A stretch of DNA of 64,000 nucleotides from the human T2T-CHM13v2.0 reference genome, Homo sapiens. Position 1 is the first letter of the stretch. Each line of letters opens with the position of its first letter. Below, piece by piece: positions 45,579 to 57,915 of this stretch. A program made the translations under genes and the position numbers. The DNA lies in assembly GCF_009914755.1 (NCBI RefSeq), contig NC_060937.1; one strand, given 5' to 3'. A model generated the notes under the pieces. It was not told where the DNA came from, searched no databases, and was given only the letters and a program-made list of their open reading frames with translations.

Positions 45579-48059
45579 TATTGACAAAATAGTTACCAGA
45601 GGTAGTATATTGCCAAATATTAACTTGTTAAGTAGTGTAAGGATAATAAAATGTTATATCAACCTCCAACTGTTCCAGTTGTTTGGTATTCCAAAATAAA
45701 TGTGAGTTTTTATATTTGTATTTTAAAGTATAGTGTATCATCCTTATTTAAAACCATCTAAGATTTATTTTTTATAAATTTCTTTATAAATGCTTTTTAT
45801 ACTTATTTACTTCAAGAAAGAGTAAGGCTATTCATAAGATATATATAAAATACCTGTGAAAGTATGTGCTAAAATTCATTACTTCAATTATTTTTGTGGT
45901 TTATTATAAAGAAATATTTGACAATGAAAACAACATTTTTTAACCTAGGCTTTTTTTATAACCCAGATTGTCTATGAGATTCAGACTATTCATGGAAACC
46001 ACAATTATGAAACATTACATTAATAATTACTGCTAACTTAAGTAAAACCAAAGCACAGAGTTTCACTTTAGTTTCATTAATTGAATCATGCCAACATAGA
46101 TCTTTATTACCATAAGACATCTTCAAGTACTCAGAGTCATTAACCTAAATCATTAGAGGTGAATTTAAGCAAATCGTCTTCAAATCAAATGTGGCTAATT
46201 TCTAAAAAAAAAAAAAAAGAAAGAAAAAAGTGTGGTATACTGGTATGCTCACTTTAGGCATGTCAGGATATAAATTTCAAAATCATGTCTGAATTATTAT
46301 GAAATCTACTACTTTAATCTCCCAAGTCATTCAAATAAATAATTTATACATTACAAATAAAACACACATATATATCTTAAATATGCATACACACACACAT
46401 ATATCACATACAGATATTGTTCTGACTCTTTTAAAAAGAACAACAGCCACGAATAGATGATTTGCAGTTCTTGTAATGCAATAGTTGAACTACCTATTAC
46501 AAGTCAATTTGCAGACGCCAATATGTCCAAAATGCCAATAAGTTTTGTCTACATGACTAAGTCAAGCAAAGTGCAGGAAAATCATTTCTGTAAGACTGCT
46601 CATCGAGAATTGAATATGCACACTGGATCCTGCCTCCAAGTCACTTAAAATGAACATACTCGTCCCTGGTAACTGTTTCTATGACCAAATGATAATCATT
46701 AATTGTCAAACAATTGATAGAACTATTTCAAATACTTTAAAAATAAAAGACTTTTTTTTTTTTTTGCAAGATGAGAGAAAGCATGTCTTGTACTGTTTGA
46801 GTTTACCTGATAATCAGTGTTATCATGATGAAGTTTCCAAATTGAAGACTGAAAAGGCATCCTGTATTCTTCGCATTCATACAGCACTGAGTTCCACATA
46901 TGCACACGGCTAGCACTGATGTTTAGATTAAATCAGTAATAACCATGATCTCCCAAATGGATGAGTTTAATCCACAGGTTAATTCAATTCCATACATGCT
47001 CTAATTTTATTCCGATTATCCATGCTGGGTTGAGATAAAAATATCTCTTGCTTTAAAAAAGAAGGGACATGTATTTTTAAAAGTCTACTGATGTGCTGTG
47101 GTTGCATTTATTTTTATATATGTACTCAGGAATGGAAGGCAAAGAGAACTAGTTCCACCGTAGTTCCCTCACACCTTTCCTGTCTTCTCACTAGAAACTC
47201 ATTACCAATATCATACTAGGTGTTAGAGACTGCTGATAGCAAACAAAGTAAAGGTCAGGGAAATTCATTTGTGGTTTCTGCCCCTCGGGGTCTGTAACTG
47301 CTGTGTTTCTGGTGTTTCCAAATTCAAGTTTTTGCTATTTATCCCTGGGCTGGGAGATAGATCTAATTGCAGGTAAGCACTGACATCCAGGAATAAAGAA
47401 AAAGCAAAGTCAAGGAATAATATTATTCTCATCCAAAAGTCTTTACAGAAAGCATACATAAAGTTGGGAAAGAAACCAGCTAGCTCACAGCTATTCTGGT
47501 TATTAGACATCCCTGTGGAAGAAGCACCTTTAAAGATGCAGATGTCAAAGAGCAGGGTAATATTAGCTTTGAATCTGTGTGAAATCAGTTCTGTGCAGTA
47601 TCATAATGTGTTATTACAGGTTTCTCCTGAGTTTAATTTACAAAGAAGAAGCAACCATAATAAGAGAATAAAAATTGTATAAATCACAAACATTGAAAGC
47701 CTGAAAACAGGAGTTTTAATAGTGGTTAAAAAGTAGTGAATTATACTGCTTTTGTACCACCTAAGAATACACTAGCCAGTCAGCATTGCCAATCAGTCTT
47801 TAAAGTGTTCACTCTTCAGCTATTCCGGAGGTATTGAGAACAAATAAGAATTTACCCTATTTAAAACCCATTTCCAGCATCGTCATCATAAAAAAAAAAT
47901 GTGGTTCATTAGGAAAACTGATGACCCAGGGCTAAAGTAAATACCAGGATCTGCTAGAGTTGGAAGAATTTCAGAAATAACTGCCTTGGTTGAATGACCC
48001 CATCAGGGACTCACAGTAGACTCTTGATTCACTAGGGGTTAAGATTTCAAAACTCTATT

Positions 48060-48450
48060 AGCATTCCAGTAATTTTCACAGTGAGGCAAACTTTTCAGCC
48101 CACTATTCTGTTTAGTCCTCATAGCAAATATATGAGGTGGGCTCTTCACCTCCATTTTTCAGGTTCTGAAAATGAGGCTCACAATTTTTAAGTGATGTTT
48201 CTGGGTATTATGACTTAGAATCATAGGCTTCAAAACCTTTGTCCTTTTCATTGTGGCACAGGCACTGGGTGAGAATAGGGATGGCCATTATTCCCACCAC
48301 TTACTCCCTGGGAGACCTTAGGCAGGCGACTGAATCTCCTGAAGTATTAGTTATCTTGCATGTAAAATGTATGTAACAGGAACCATCCCTGCCTACTGAA
48401 TAGAGTTGCAGTGCTTTAAATGAAACAGTGGCTGCAGCAGAAACCTGGGA
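48060..48450. mobile_element. Two MIR fragments in opposite orientations (~48060-48250 minus, ~48290-48450 plus)
   Basis: ctccatttttcaggttctgaaaatgaggctc; gaccttaggcaggcgactgaatctc...catgtaaaatg. Confidence 0.5.
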
Positions 48451-48959
48451 AAGCATACTTGTAGCTCTAGAGAAGTCTAGTAGCAACCATTTGATTTTTT
48501 TCTCCACGTCATCATCATCATCTTGGAAGAGGCTCTTACAGTTATCCTGGGCCTGGGAGAGGAGGCAGTGATAATAGAGAAATTGTTGTGATGAAGGATA
48601 GAAAGAAGGAAAAGCACAGAGTTTATGTCAGCAGCACCAGATGTTCTATCATTTGCCAAGTGCCCTGGGAAGTACAGGTCCCTGGCAGGCTGGAATTTTA
48701 CAGCTGCAGCAAATGTTTCCAGTATGAGACAAGAAGGACTAAATTCAGGAAATAAATTTAGTTACCGGTTGTACATGGGCTGAGATGCAAATTAACGTGA
48801 GGTTGAGAACATTACCTCAAGAGGCGAATTTCGTGTATTTGAACTCTGCTTCTACCACCTTCTAGCCCTTTGATCCTAAGTAAGTCACTTTCTCTCTCTG
48901 TGACTCATTTTCCTAATTTTTAGGAAATTTCTAAATTTTCAAATTTTTCCTATATTAAC

Positions 48960-49425
48960 TCCTGTTAGCATTGTAACATAAGCTTAGGGGCCTAAAGCAA
49001 CACAATTTCATCTTACAGTTTTGCAGATGAGAAGTCTATCAAGGGTCTCACTGGCTAAAATCAAGGTGTTGGCAGACTTATGTTCCATTTTGGTGGCTCT
49101 AGGGAGAGAATCTACCTTTTCACCTTTCCAGCTCTAGAGGCTGCCTGCATTCCTTGGCTTGTGGCTCCTCTCTTCATCTCTAAAGCCAGAAATGGCAGCC
49201 AAATACCATTTCATCACTCCGATCCTCTTCTGCTTCTCTCTTCTACTTTTAAGTAATCTTGTGATTATATCTGGTCCACCTGCATAATTCAGGCTAATCT
49301 CATCTCAAGGTCGTTAATTTAATTACATATGCTGTATCTCTTTTGCCATGTAAGGTAACAGTAATAGGGTACATTTTGCCTTTCCAATGTGAACATTTTG
49401 GTGGGAGACATTATTTTGCCTACCC
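48960..49425 (-). mobile_element. MaLR solo LTR (MLT1D-like) inside a MIR
   Basis: ctggctaaaatcaaggtgttggcag; ggctgcctgcattccttggcttgtggc; cttttgccatgtaaggtaaca; cattattttgcctacc. Confidence 0.85.
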
Positions 49426-49477
49426 TACCATCCCATATGATTTTTTGAGAATGAAATGAAACATGTCAGGCACTTAG

Positions 49478-49669
<192 letters not shown>

Positions 49670-50211
49670 TGAATTTTCATCAGAGAGTTATAGGATATTC
49701 CATTCAATTTCATCTTCTATCATACGCTTCATGAATATTTCCTGTTGTGGAAAACCCAGGCACTAGCAGTAACTCTGGATTCAAAAACACTGCAACATAC
49801 ATTCAGGAAGATTCTGTAGCTCTGAGACCGAATTGCAATCCTAGACCATTGGAAAGTGAATTTCCCCAGGAGAGACAAAATGGCTTTGTTGTCTCAAGAA
49901 TTTTCTAAATTTGAGAATTCATTATTCACTCATTTAGTAAGCATTTACTTTTCTACTGTACCAGACTCTGCATAGATCTTTGCCTCAATTCACCTGTCAA
50001 TGAGCTAGAAAGTTGATAGATCAATTCCTGGCTTAAAATAAGACCAATTATCAATGCATTCTGCTGTCAAGCTCAAATAGGCACAACTGTTCTGTGCTAG
50101 AGTAAAATCTAAGGTTGCAGAGAAACAGAGAGCATGTCAGTGCTGATGGAGAAGGATTGGTAGAAATAAGCTGCCAATATTGGGCGTGATAGTGTGTGAT
50201 TGGGATTTAAA

Positions 50212-50693
50212 GTAGAATGAATAATGGCCACCAAATATATCAGGTCTTAATCCCTGGAACCAGTAAAGATTACGTTATTAGAAAAAAAAGTTTTGCAGAT
50301 ACAATTAAGTTAAGGATCTTGGCATTGGGAGATTATCCTTTATCATCTGGGTAAAGATTAAGTTCCATCACATATGTCTCCTCGTAAGAAAGGCAGAGGG
50401 AGATCCGATATACGCAGAAGAGAAGGCACTGTGACCACAGAGGCAGAGATTGAGTGATGTGTCCACAGGCCAAGGGATGCTGGAAACCACCGGAAACCAG
50501 GAAAGGAAAGGAAGAGATTATTCTCTAAGTGCTCCAGAGAGAGCACGGCCCAGCTAGCAGCTTGATTTGAACAGACTGAAACTGATCTCTGACCTCTGGC
50601 CTGGAGAAGCATCAATGTGTGAGCATCAGTGTCTGCTGTTTTAAGCCATGAATTTTGTGGTAATTGGTTACCGCAGCCACAGGAAACTCACAC
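50212..50693 (+). mobile_element. MaLR solo LTR (MLT1C/D-like)
   Basis: aataatggccacc...taatccctggaacc...gaggcagagattgagtgatg...ttttaagccatgaattttgtggtaattggttaccgcagccacaggaaact. Confidence 0.85.
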
Positions 50694-53600
50694 TGGAAGT
50701 ATTGAAAAGGTGGGGAACTCAGATATTTAAAGGGAAGGAACGTCATTAAATCTAGGAAGAAGAAGCTTGAGTTGGTCACTTCTGAAGAAATTGTAGAGAT
50801 CAGCTGGACTTGATAGAGGAGGAGACAAGACACGATGACCTGCAGCATGGTTGGCATTTTCAACCCCAAGAATTGAGAGAACCCAAGAACGGAGTGGAAG
50901 TAAAAGCAAGTAGAATGAAGGTAGCAGCTGAGACTGAAATTATCCCTCCCTACCCCGCTTTCATGTACCCTGGCAGTGGGACCACTGCTCCATGATAATG
51001 ATATTGAAGAGTGAAAAGGACATGAACTTTTAAATGAAGAGTAATGAGATAGAAAGACATAAGAATTCTCGAGAAAGGTTTTAGGAGTAGTGTGGGATGA
51101 GTTTATATCACAAAATTAAGATAAAAAGAAGCAATTGAGTTATTCATGAAAGAGTTTGGAATCTATATGTTTAAAAAGAACTACCAGGGTTGCCATTCTT
51201 CTGTGGTTTTCTCACAAATTCTAGTCAATTGTCTGTAAATGAATTTACTTTTGTTTGCCGGATCTCTTTGACATCACACCAGAAAGAAACCACACACGAG
51301 GAAAAGCAGTAGTTCACCGCCCTGGAATCAGAGGTCTAGCATGGGTAGCCCAGGGCTGAGAAGGTTTCCACTTTTTCCTATCACTCATGTCAGGCCAGGG
51401 TGGGTAGGAGGTAGGGTCTATCCATGCAGTGCATACCCCATTCTGCACCTTTCTAAACAGGTATGGCATTAAGAGCTTATTTGCTTTTAAAGGATCAGTG
51501 TAGCCATGAGTCTGAACTATTCTGATACACAAATACTTTTCAGAATGGGAAGTTTCTGTCTGATAAATGCCTCTGAAAAGTCAGATTTATCAGCCTCATT
51601 GCTCTTTTGTATGTGCTTTTGAGCTTGTGAAGGAAAAGGAGTGGATTCTCAGTTAAGACATATTTTCAACAGCGTTGACTGAATAGTTGTTATGGGCATA
51701 AACTATTCAATGCTTGGGGATACGGAGTTGAGGAAATAGGGTTCTTGTTCTTCAGACAAAAAAATAAGGTCTACAAGTTTAATTTATAACTAGACAATGA
51801 GAAGACAATCCCTTTCAAGTTGTGCAAAGACACAAGATGCCTACATTTTTTAAAGGACTATATAGAAATACTGCTCTGTGTGTATATACATATATACAGA
51901 CAGATAGGTGTGTGTATACATATGCATATGTGTGTATATATGTATGTACATACATATATAGAAATCATAAAGACTATTTGCTTGATGTTGGCTAGTTTGC
52001 ACACAGTTCAAATTTGCAAGTAATTCTTCATCCCCACTGGTTTCATTGCTATTCAGCATCTTGCCAATTTCCATTAAAATTCAAAGCCTGTCGTTGTGTC
52101 TTGCTGTTTAATTGTAGACTTGGGGCAACTAAACTTACGTTGAATGCTGAAGTTAGCAAACCTCCTAAGCTGATGAATGCACTTTGTTATATCCTGACAC
52201 AAATATCTGAAATGTAATGAAACATTCTACACAAACAAGATCATAATCCTAATTCATATCTAGTGCTATTCACAAGAGAACACCATAGCTGCTTCATTTC
52301 TGAAACGAATAATATCATATTCCTCTAGTGATCAAGCAATCACCTCCAAGTGAGACTACAATAGAGACTGAAAAAATGTGAAACACTGTAGAACTTGAAC
52401 TGAAATGTCAAAGTGCTCCTAGTAGATTTTGCACTTTAGGTAGTACATCTTTATTTGATGCATTCTCTCTGATTTCACAGGATTCATTTGCTCTATTTTG
52501 CTATGGCCTGTTATTAGACCATAGTGTTGATCTCTGAGTACTTTGCACATTTGCATCAAAACATTGTTGTAATCTAAGCACTTGAGCACATGGGTACCTT
52601 GACTATGTCTCATTTCACAAACGAAATGACACATTCCAAATCAAACCATCAGCAAAGGGATGGCAAATATGTGGTGGTCCATAGCTACAGAGAGTCACTA
52701 CCTGAGAAAAAGATACAAGCTTTTACTTAATTCAGCAGTTTCATTAAATTCAGTCAAAAGATTCTTCCAAACACCCACTTATATGTGCTAAGTGGCAGGT
52801 AGTATGTGTTATTATTTTCAACAGGAAATAAGAAGGCTGAGTATCATTCTAAAACAGGATTTCAAAGGGAGACCTGGAAAAAGAACTGAATACATTTAAA
52901 TCTCCATTCTCAACAGGACAATCATTTGGGACATAATTCTTCCTTTCCGTTACAGAACAATCCAGAAAAAAAGGTTGGGAAACAGATTGGTGAAGGTACT
53001 TAGTCACTCAAAACCTCCTAGATGTCAATGGTGATAAACAACAAATAAATGTATATGAATGAGAGTTCATATTTAACCAGCACAAGAGTTATAAATGAGG
53101 AATACAGTGTTAGGGTCCTAAGTATTCTGGTTAAGATGTTCTGGTACCATAAGTTTCTTACTAATCTTAACCAAGTCAAAGCAAATTCTGTAAATATTAC
53201 TTATATTTACAGGCCACACATGGACTAGACATAACATATTTGTTGTTGGTTCACAGGGAGAAACAGAGGTTAACTATGATGGCCTATGGATATCTGGAAA
53301 TAAGAGAAAGAATTTGTAAATCATGACAAAGGATAGCACTGCATTTAAAATCATTTATGATAAATCTACATTCAACTTCTCTTATTATTTCAAAACAAGG
53401 TTTCAAATTTACTCTTTAGATTGATACATTGGAGTTGGAAATAACCTTTGAAGATAAAGTAATAGTGCTGCTTCTGCACAGCCTTTCAAGGTTGTGTATG
53501 TGGGTGTGTGTGTGAGAGAGAGACTGAAATAGAGAGAGAGAGAGGGAAAGAGAGAGATTGATTTATATTTCCCTTTTTCAATATCCAATTTCTCACAAAC

Positions 53601-55599
53601 TTGATGAAACTGGACAGTTGCACATTTTTTCAATTGCTAATTTTTGCCTACCTCAAGGACAAAAATCAAGTTATCTTATTGTTGTTTTAGTTTTCATTTC
53701 CCTGAATATGTTTATATGCCGTTTGCAGTGTCTTGCTCTTATATTTTTCCAATTTTATTGGTCGACTATATCTTGTTATTGCCAATATAGCAGGGTAATC
53801 GATATGACTTTTTTTGATATGATTTTAGCTGTAGCCGAATATCAAGGGTAAAATAGGCACAGCGTGGTCCCAAGTCCTAACGTGCAGTGCTAACCCCCCT
53901 AAACAGGACATGTGGAGGGTCTGAGAAACCAGCTCTGCTCAAATACACAATAAGCTCTGTGAGTAAAGTGGAGACACTGGCAAGATGGAGGTCTCTGGAG
54001 AGAATGGTTAGGGCACTGTGCTTGCGGCTACCCACTCCTGCCATCATGGGAATAAGTGGATGTGCCTCCCTTACTTTAAAGTCAAGCAGGAAACAAGATT
54101 TCAAGAAAACTTGAGAAAGCTTAAGATATGTTCCTGGATATTAAACAGCCACAGCAATGGGGTCTGACTGTTGCTGGAAGAAATCTAAAGGCTACAGGCT
54201 GCCTGGAAGTATAATGCAAAAGAGAGAGAGGGCTGTGTTGGGAGCCAGTTGTACTTTTAAAAATGGGGGGTTTGCATAGACCAGATGCAGAATCCATAAT
54301 AGTGATAAGCAGCAGAATAGTGACCTGGTGCAGTGATATGTTTCTAAAACAGGCAGTAATTACTCTAATCTGAGGTGACTGACAGTAAGTCAGAACATGA
54401 CTGTGGTATTAGCACTTTGCTTGTAAAAGACTGAGCAATTTGAAGTCTCCAGTGAGGGAACTGGAGAGAACAAGAGAACAAGCTGGTAAATGTGCATCTG
54501 CCAAGAACAAAAGGCTCTTATGACTGCTCTAAGACAAATAAGATTCTACCTGACTGTATGCTCTCATTTTCCTCCCTCCAAAATAGCAACTAGTTATTAC
54601 AGGTTTCTCAGCAATAACTAGATAGGCCCAAATTAGATAAATAAAGATGTTTTAGTTGCAATAAGAATTTGGAATTTAGTGCTATACTGGACCAGAATTT
54701 TAAATGTCAGGAAGTTTTTGTGACTGAACAAGCACAAAAAGTGAGGACCTACCTGAGGTAACAACCGAAGGAGTCAGTAATTAGTTTGTAGAGCCAACTG
54801 GAAGTGGAGTAGAAGAAGAATAATAAGGCTGATTTATAAATTCATCCTCGTATATCTAACTTGTTTGGCAAACTAAATTATAAAAAATACATATTTTGCA
54901 CATATTTATCTTGTATTCATATACCTTATTAGTTCCTAGTTATTGTTAAGGATTTGATCTTTTCCAAGTGTATGACAGTATCATATACAATTAAAACTTT
55001 AATTTCTAGTATTTATGATTATTTTATTTTATTGTCCTATTGCATTAAGTAGAACCAGCAAAAGATTTTTGAGAGCTGGCAGAAGAGAAATCATGCCTAA
55101 TTAGTTCACCATTTTGATGCCACTGGAATTTGCATTTTATAGTTAATGTAATATGTAATGATGATTTTTGTATAAATAGTTCATGTTTATAGAGCTCATA
55201 TTTCAATTCACCCACAATTTTTTAATTAGAATTGATAGCTGAAGTTTATTAGACTTTCTTTTAGCATCTATGAATATAATGAGAGGAACTTTCTCCTTCA
55301 TGTTTTTAGTATAATGTTGGGCTAAACTACGTGAAGAATAAATCCTACTTAGGCATGTCGTGTTCATTATCTAATGAAACACTGGAGTTAGTTGCTAATA
55401 TTTTTATTTTGAATTTTTCAAGTGTGACTGAGCTGGTACTATATGTGTGTGTGTGTGTATGTGTGTTTGTGTGTGTGTATTTGTGTGCCATCTTGGTCAT
55501 GTTTTGTTAGAATGGCTATCTACATTTTAATATTCTCTAGTTATTTTCTCATTATCTGTCCGATTTGCCACTTCTGGCCTAACTAAAAAAATGTAGGTG

Positions 55600-55785
55600 T
55601 ATCTGAGTTTAAATGTGAGCTCTGCTATGCCAGTTATTACTTGTGTGAACTCTAGGGAATTGCTACCTTAAGTCTCAGACTCTTGAAAAGATAAGGTTTG
55701 TTGTGAGAATAAAATGAGAGAATGTGTGGAAAACCTTACAATCAAGCTTGTTGCGTAATGTGCTGAATAAATGATGGCTATCATC
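55600..55785 (+). mobile_element. MIR
   Basis: ggtttgttgtgagaataaaatgagagaatgtgtggaaaacctta...gctgaataaatgatggctatc. Confidence 0.6.
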
Positions 55786-56031
55786 ACAAATGCCCTTAGG
55801 GCATTTGTATATGAAACGTATATCTAACAACAATGATGTTTTAAAGGCTTTTATATTGATCTTTGAGAAATTCTTCTTTTAAGAAAGACAACTTTATAAA
55901 CTCTGAGGTCCCTCAACCTATATACCTGGGGCCATGGCTAACAAACTCCTAAGTCAAATTTCCTTAAAATAATCTAACGATAATCACTTTCACAATTTTC
56001 AATTTATCCTGAAATATATTCTGATTGTCCT

Positions 56032-56489
56032 TGCGATGGTTAATATTGTGTCAACTTGATTGGATTGAAGGATGCAAAGTAGTGCTCCTGGGTGTGTCTG
56101 TGAGGGTGTTGCCAAAAGAGATTAACATTTGAGTCAGTGGACTGGGAATGCAGACCCACCCTCAATCTGGGTGGGCACTATCTAATCAGTGGCCAGTGCA
56201 GCCAGAATAAAAGCAGGCAGAAGAACGTGGAGAGACTAGACTGGCTTAGTCTTCCGGCCTGTGTCCTTCTCCCATGGTGCTGGATGCTTCCTGCCCTAGA
56301 ATATCGGACTCCAAGTTCTTCAGCTTTGGGATTCGGACTGGCTTCCTTGCTCCTCAGCTTGCAGAAGGCCTATTGTGGGACCTCACCTTGTGATCATATG
56401 AGTCAATATTGCTTAATATTTCTAAACTCCCCTTTATGTATACACCTGTCCTATTAGTTTTATCCCTCTAGAGAACCTTGACATATACA
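56032..56489 (+). mobile_element. MLT2A1-like solo LTR (HERV-L)
   Basis: TG...CA termini; gtcaacttgattggattgaaggatgcaaagt; gagattaacatttgagtcagtggactggg; perfect 5-bp TSD gtcct 56027-56031 / 56490-56494. Confidence 0.93.
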
Positions 56490-57798
56490 GTCCTCAATAG
56501 GGACTTCTTCTTAACCCTGTTCATATATATATATTTTTAAAAAGTCTCATCTGTGACCCTGCAACTTCCTGCAGCCCTCGGTTTCGTTCTGTGATGTCCT
56601 GTTATTCCCCTAAGAGGTGACATGGAGACAGCGGGCTCCCCTGTGATTCCCAGCCACTCTTTGGGATGCTTGGCTCCATCCTTGACAAAGATTTTGCTCC
56701 AGGCACAGTGATTCATCCTAAAGCCAAAATATGCATGGGAGTCACTATCCAAATATTAAAATTTATATTTGAAAGAGAATTGCTGGTAGAAATGAGTGCT
56801 TATGCAAGGAATTTTGGTCACTTGGTAATCACATAACCTTCATAAGAACTCTTCTAAAGTAAATGTACTTTTTACCCTCCTGTTCTTATAAGGATCTAAC
56901 ATAAATAAGCAAGAAGTTCTGGCACTGTGTCAAGTAGACCGAAAACAAAATCCTCATGTAAATAAACATTGCTGTAATATGACCTTGAACTAGGCAGCTA
57001 ACTCAGGAAAAAACAAAGGTTCTTCAAGAGAAGCAACTAATGCAAATAAGTTATACCTAATTAAAACTCCTAAATAATGAAAAAGTTGATAAACAATTTG
57101 TGCCAAGCAAAAATTCCAATGGACAGCAGTAATCAATGAGGCAGAAGCTTGTATTTTCCACTTCTTTTCAGACACGTTTTTGTCTGCTTTTAGAGCTATA
57201 AGTAGAGGAAGCCAGGGTATCTCTTACAAATATCAAGCGAGGTTTCAAAATTATTGACACAGATGCCCAGACCCTTTCCCAAACCATTATATTAGATTCA
57301 TAGGCATCAATATAATTTAAAAGTCACCCAAGGTGTAGTCAAGGCTGAACTCTCCTTCTTTAAATTAACATGAAAGATGTGATAATACAAATGGTGTGTC
57401 TCTACTAATTTCTAGAACCTAATAATTTTAACACCCATTTCACCGCACTGTTCCATGTCTGATGAAACATGCAATTTTAATATACTCTATTCAAAACCTT
57501 TTATTAATTTTAAGTTGAATGCAAAGTTAGGGTCTCTTTGATTCCTTCTAGCAATCATGGCCCATGTGAAGTCTAATTTATAGACATACAAATGTGATCC
57601 TGAGAAAAGTCTTGGATTTTAACTTTAAGGAAAAATAGAATTTAGTACTTGAAGGCGACATTTAGAAATAGAAAGACAGATTGGGTTTGGGCCAATTATG
57701 ACTCTCATGAAAAAGTAATACCAGTGCTCCTGGCTTAATACAGGCCACAGAAAACTGGAAGGGAGGTTTAGGATAGCCTCAGAAAACATATATATGTA

Positions 57799-57915
57799 TT
57801 TTTTGATTTGTAATTTTTGTGGGTAAATAGTAGATGTATATATTTATGGAGTACAGGAGATGTTTTGATACAGGCATGCAATGCATTATAACCACATCAT
57901 GGAAAATGAGGTATC
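57799..57915 (-). mobile_element. Short L1MA 3'-end fragment
   Basis: taatttttgtgggtaaatagtagatgtatatatttatggagtacaggagatgttttgatacaggcatgcaatg. Confidence 0.8.
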
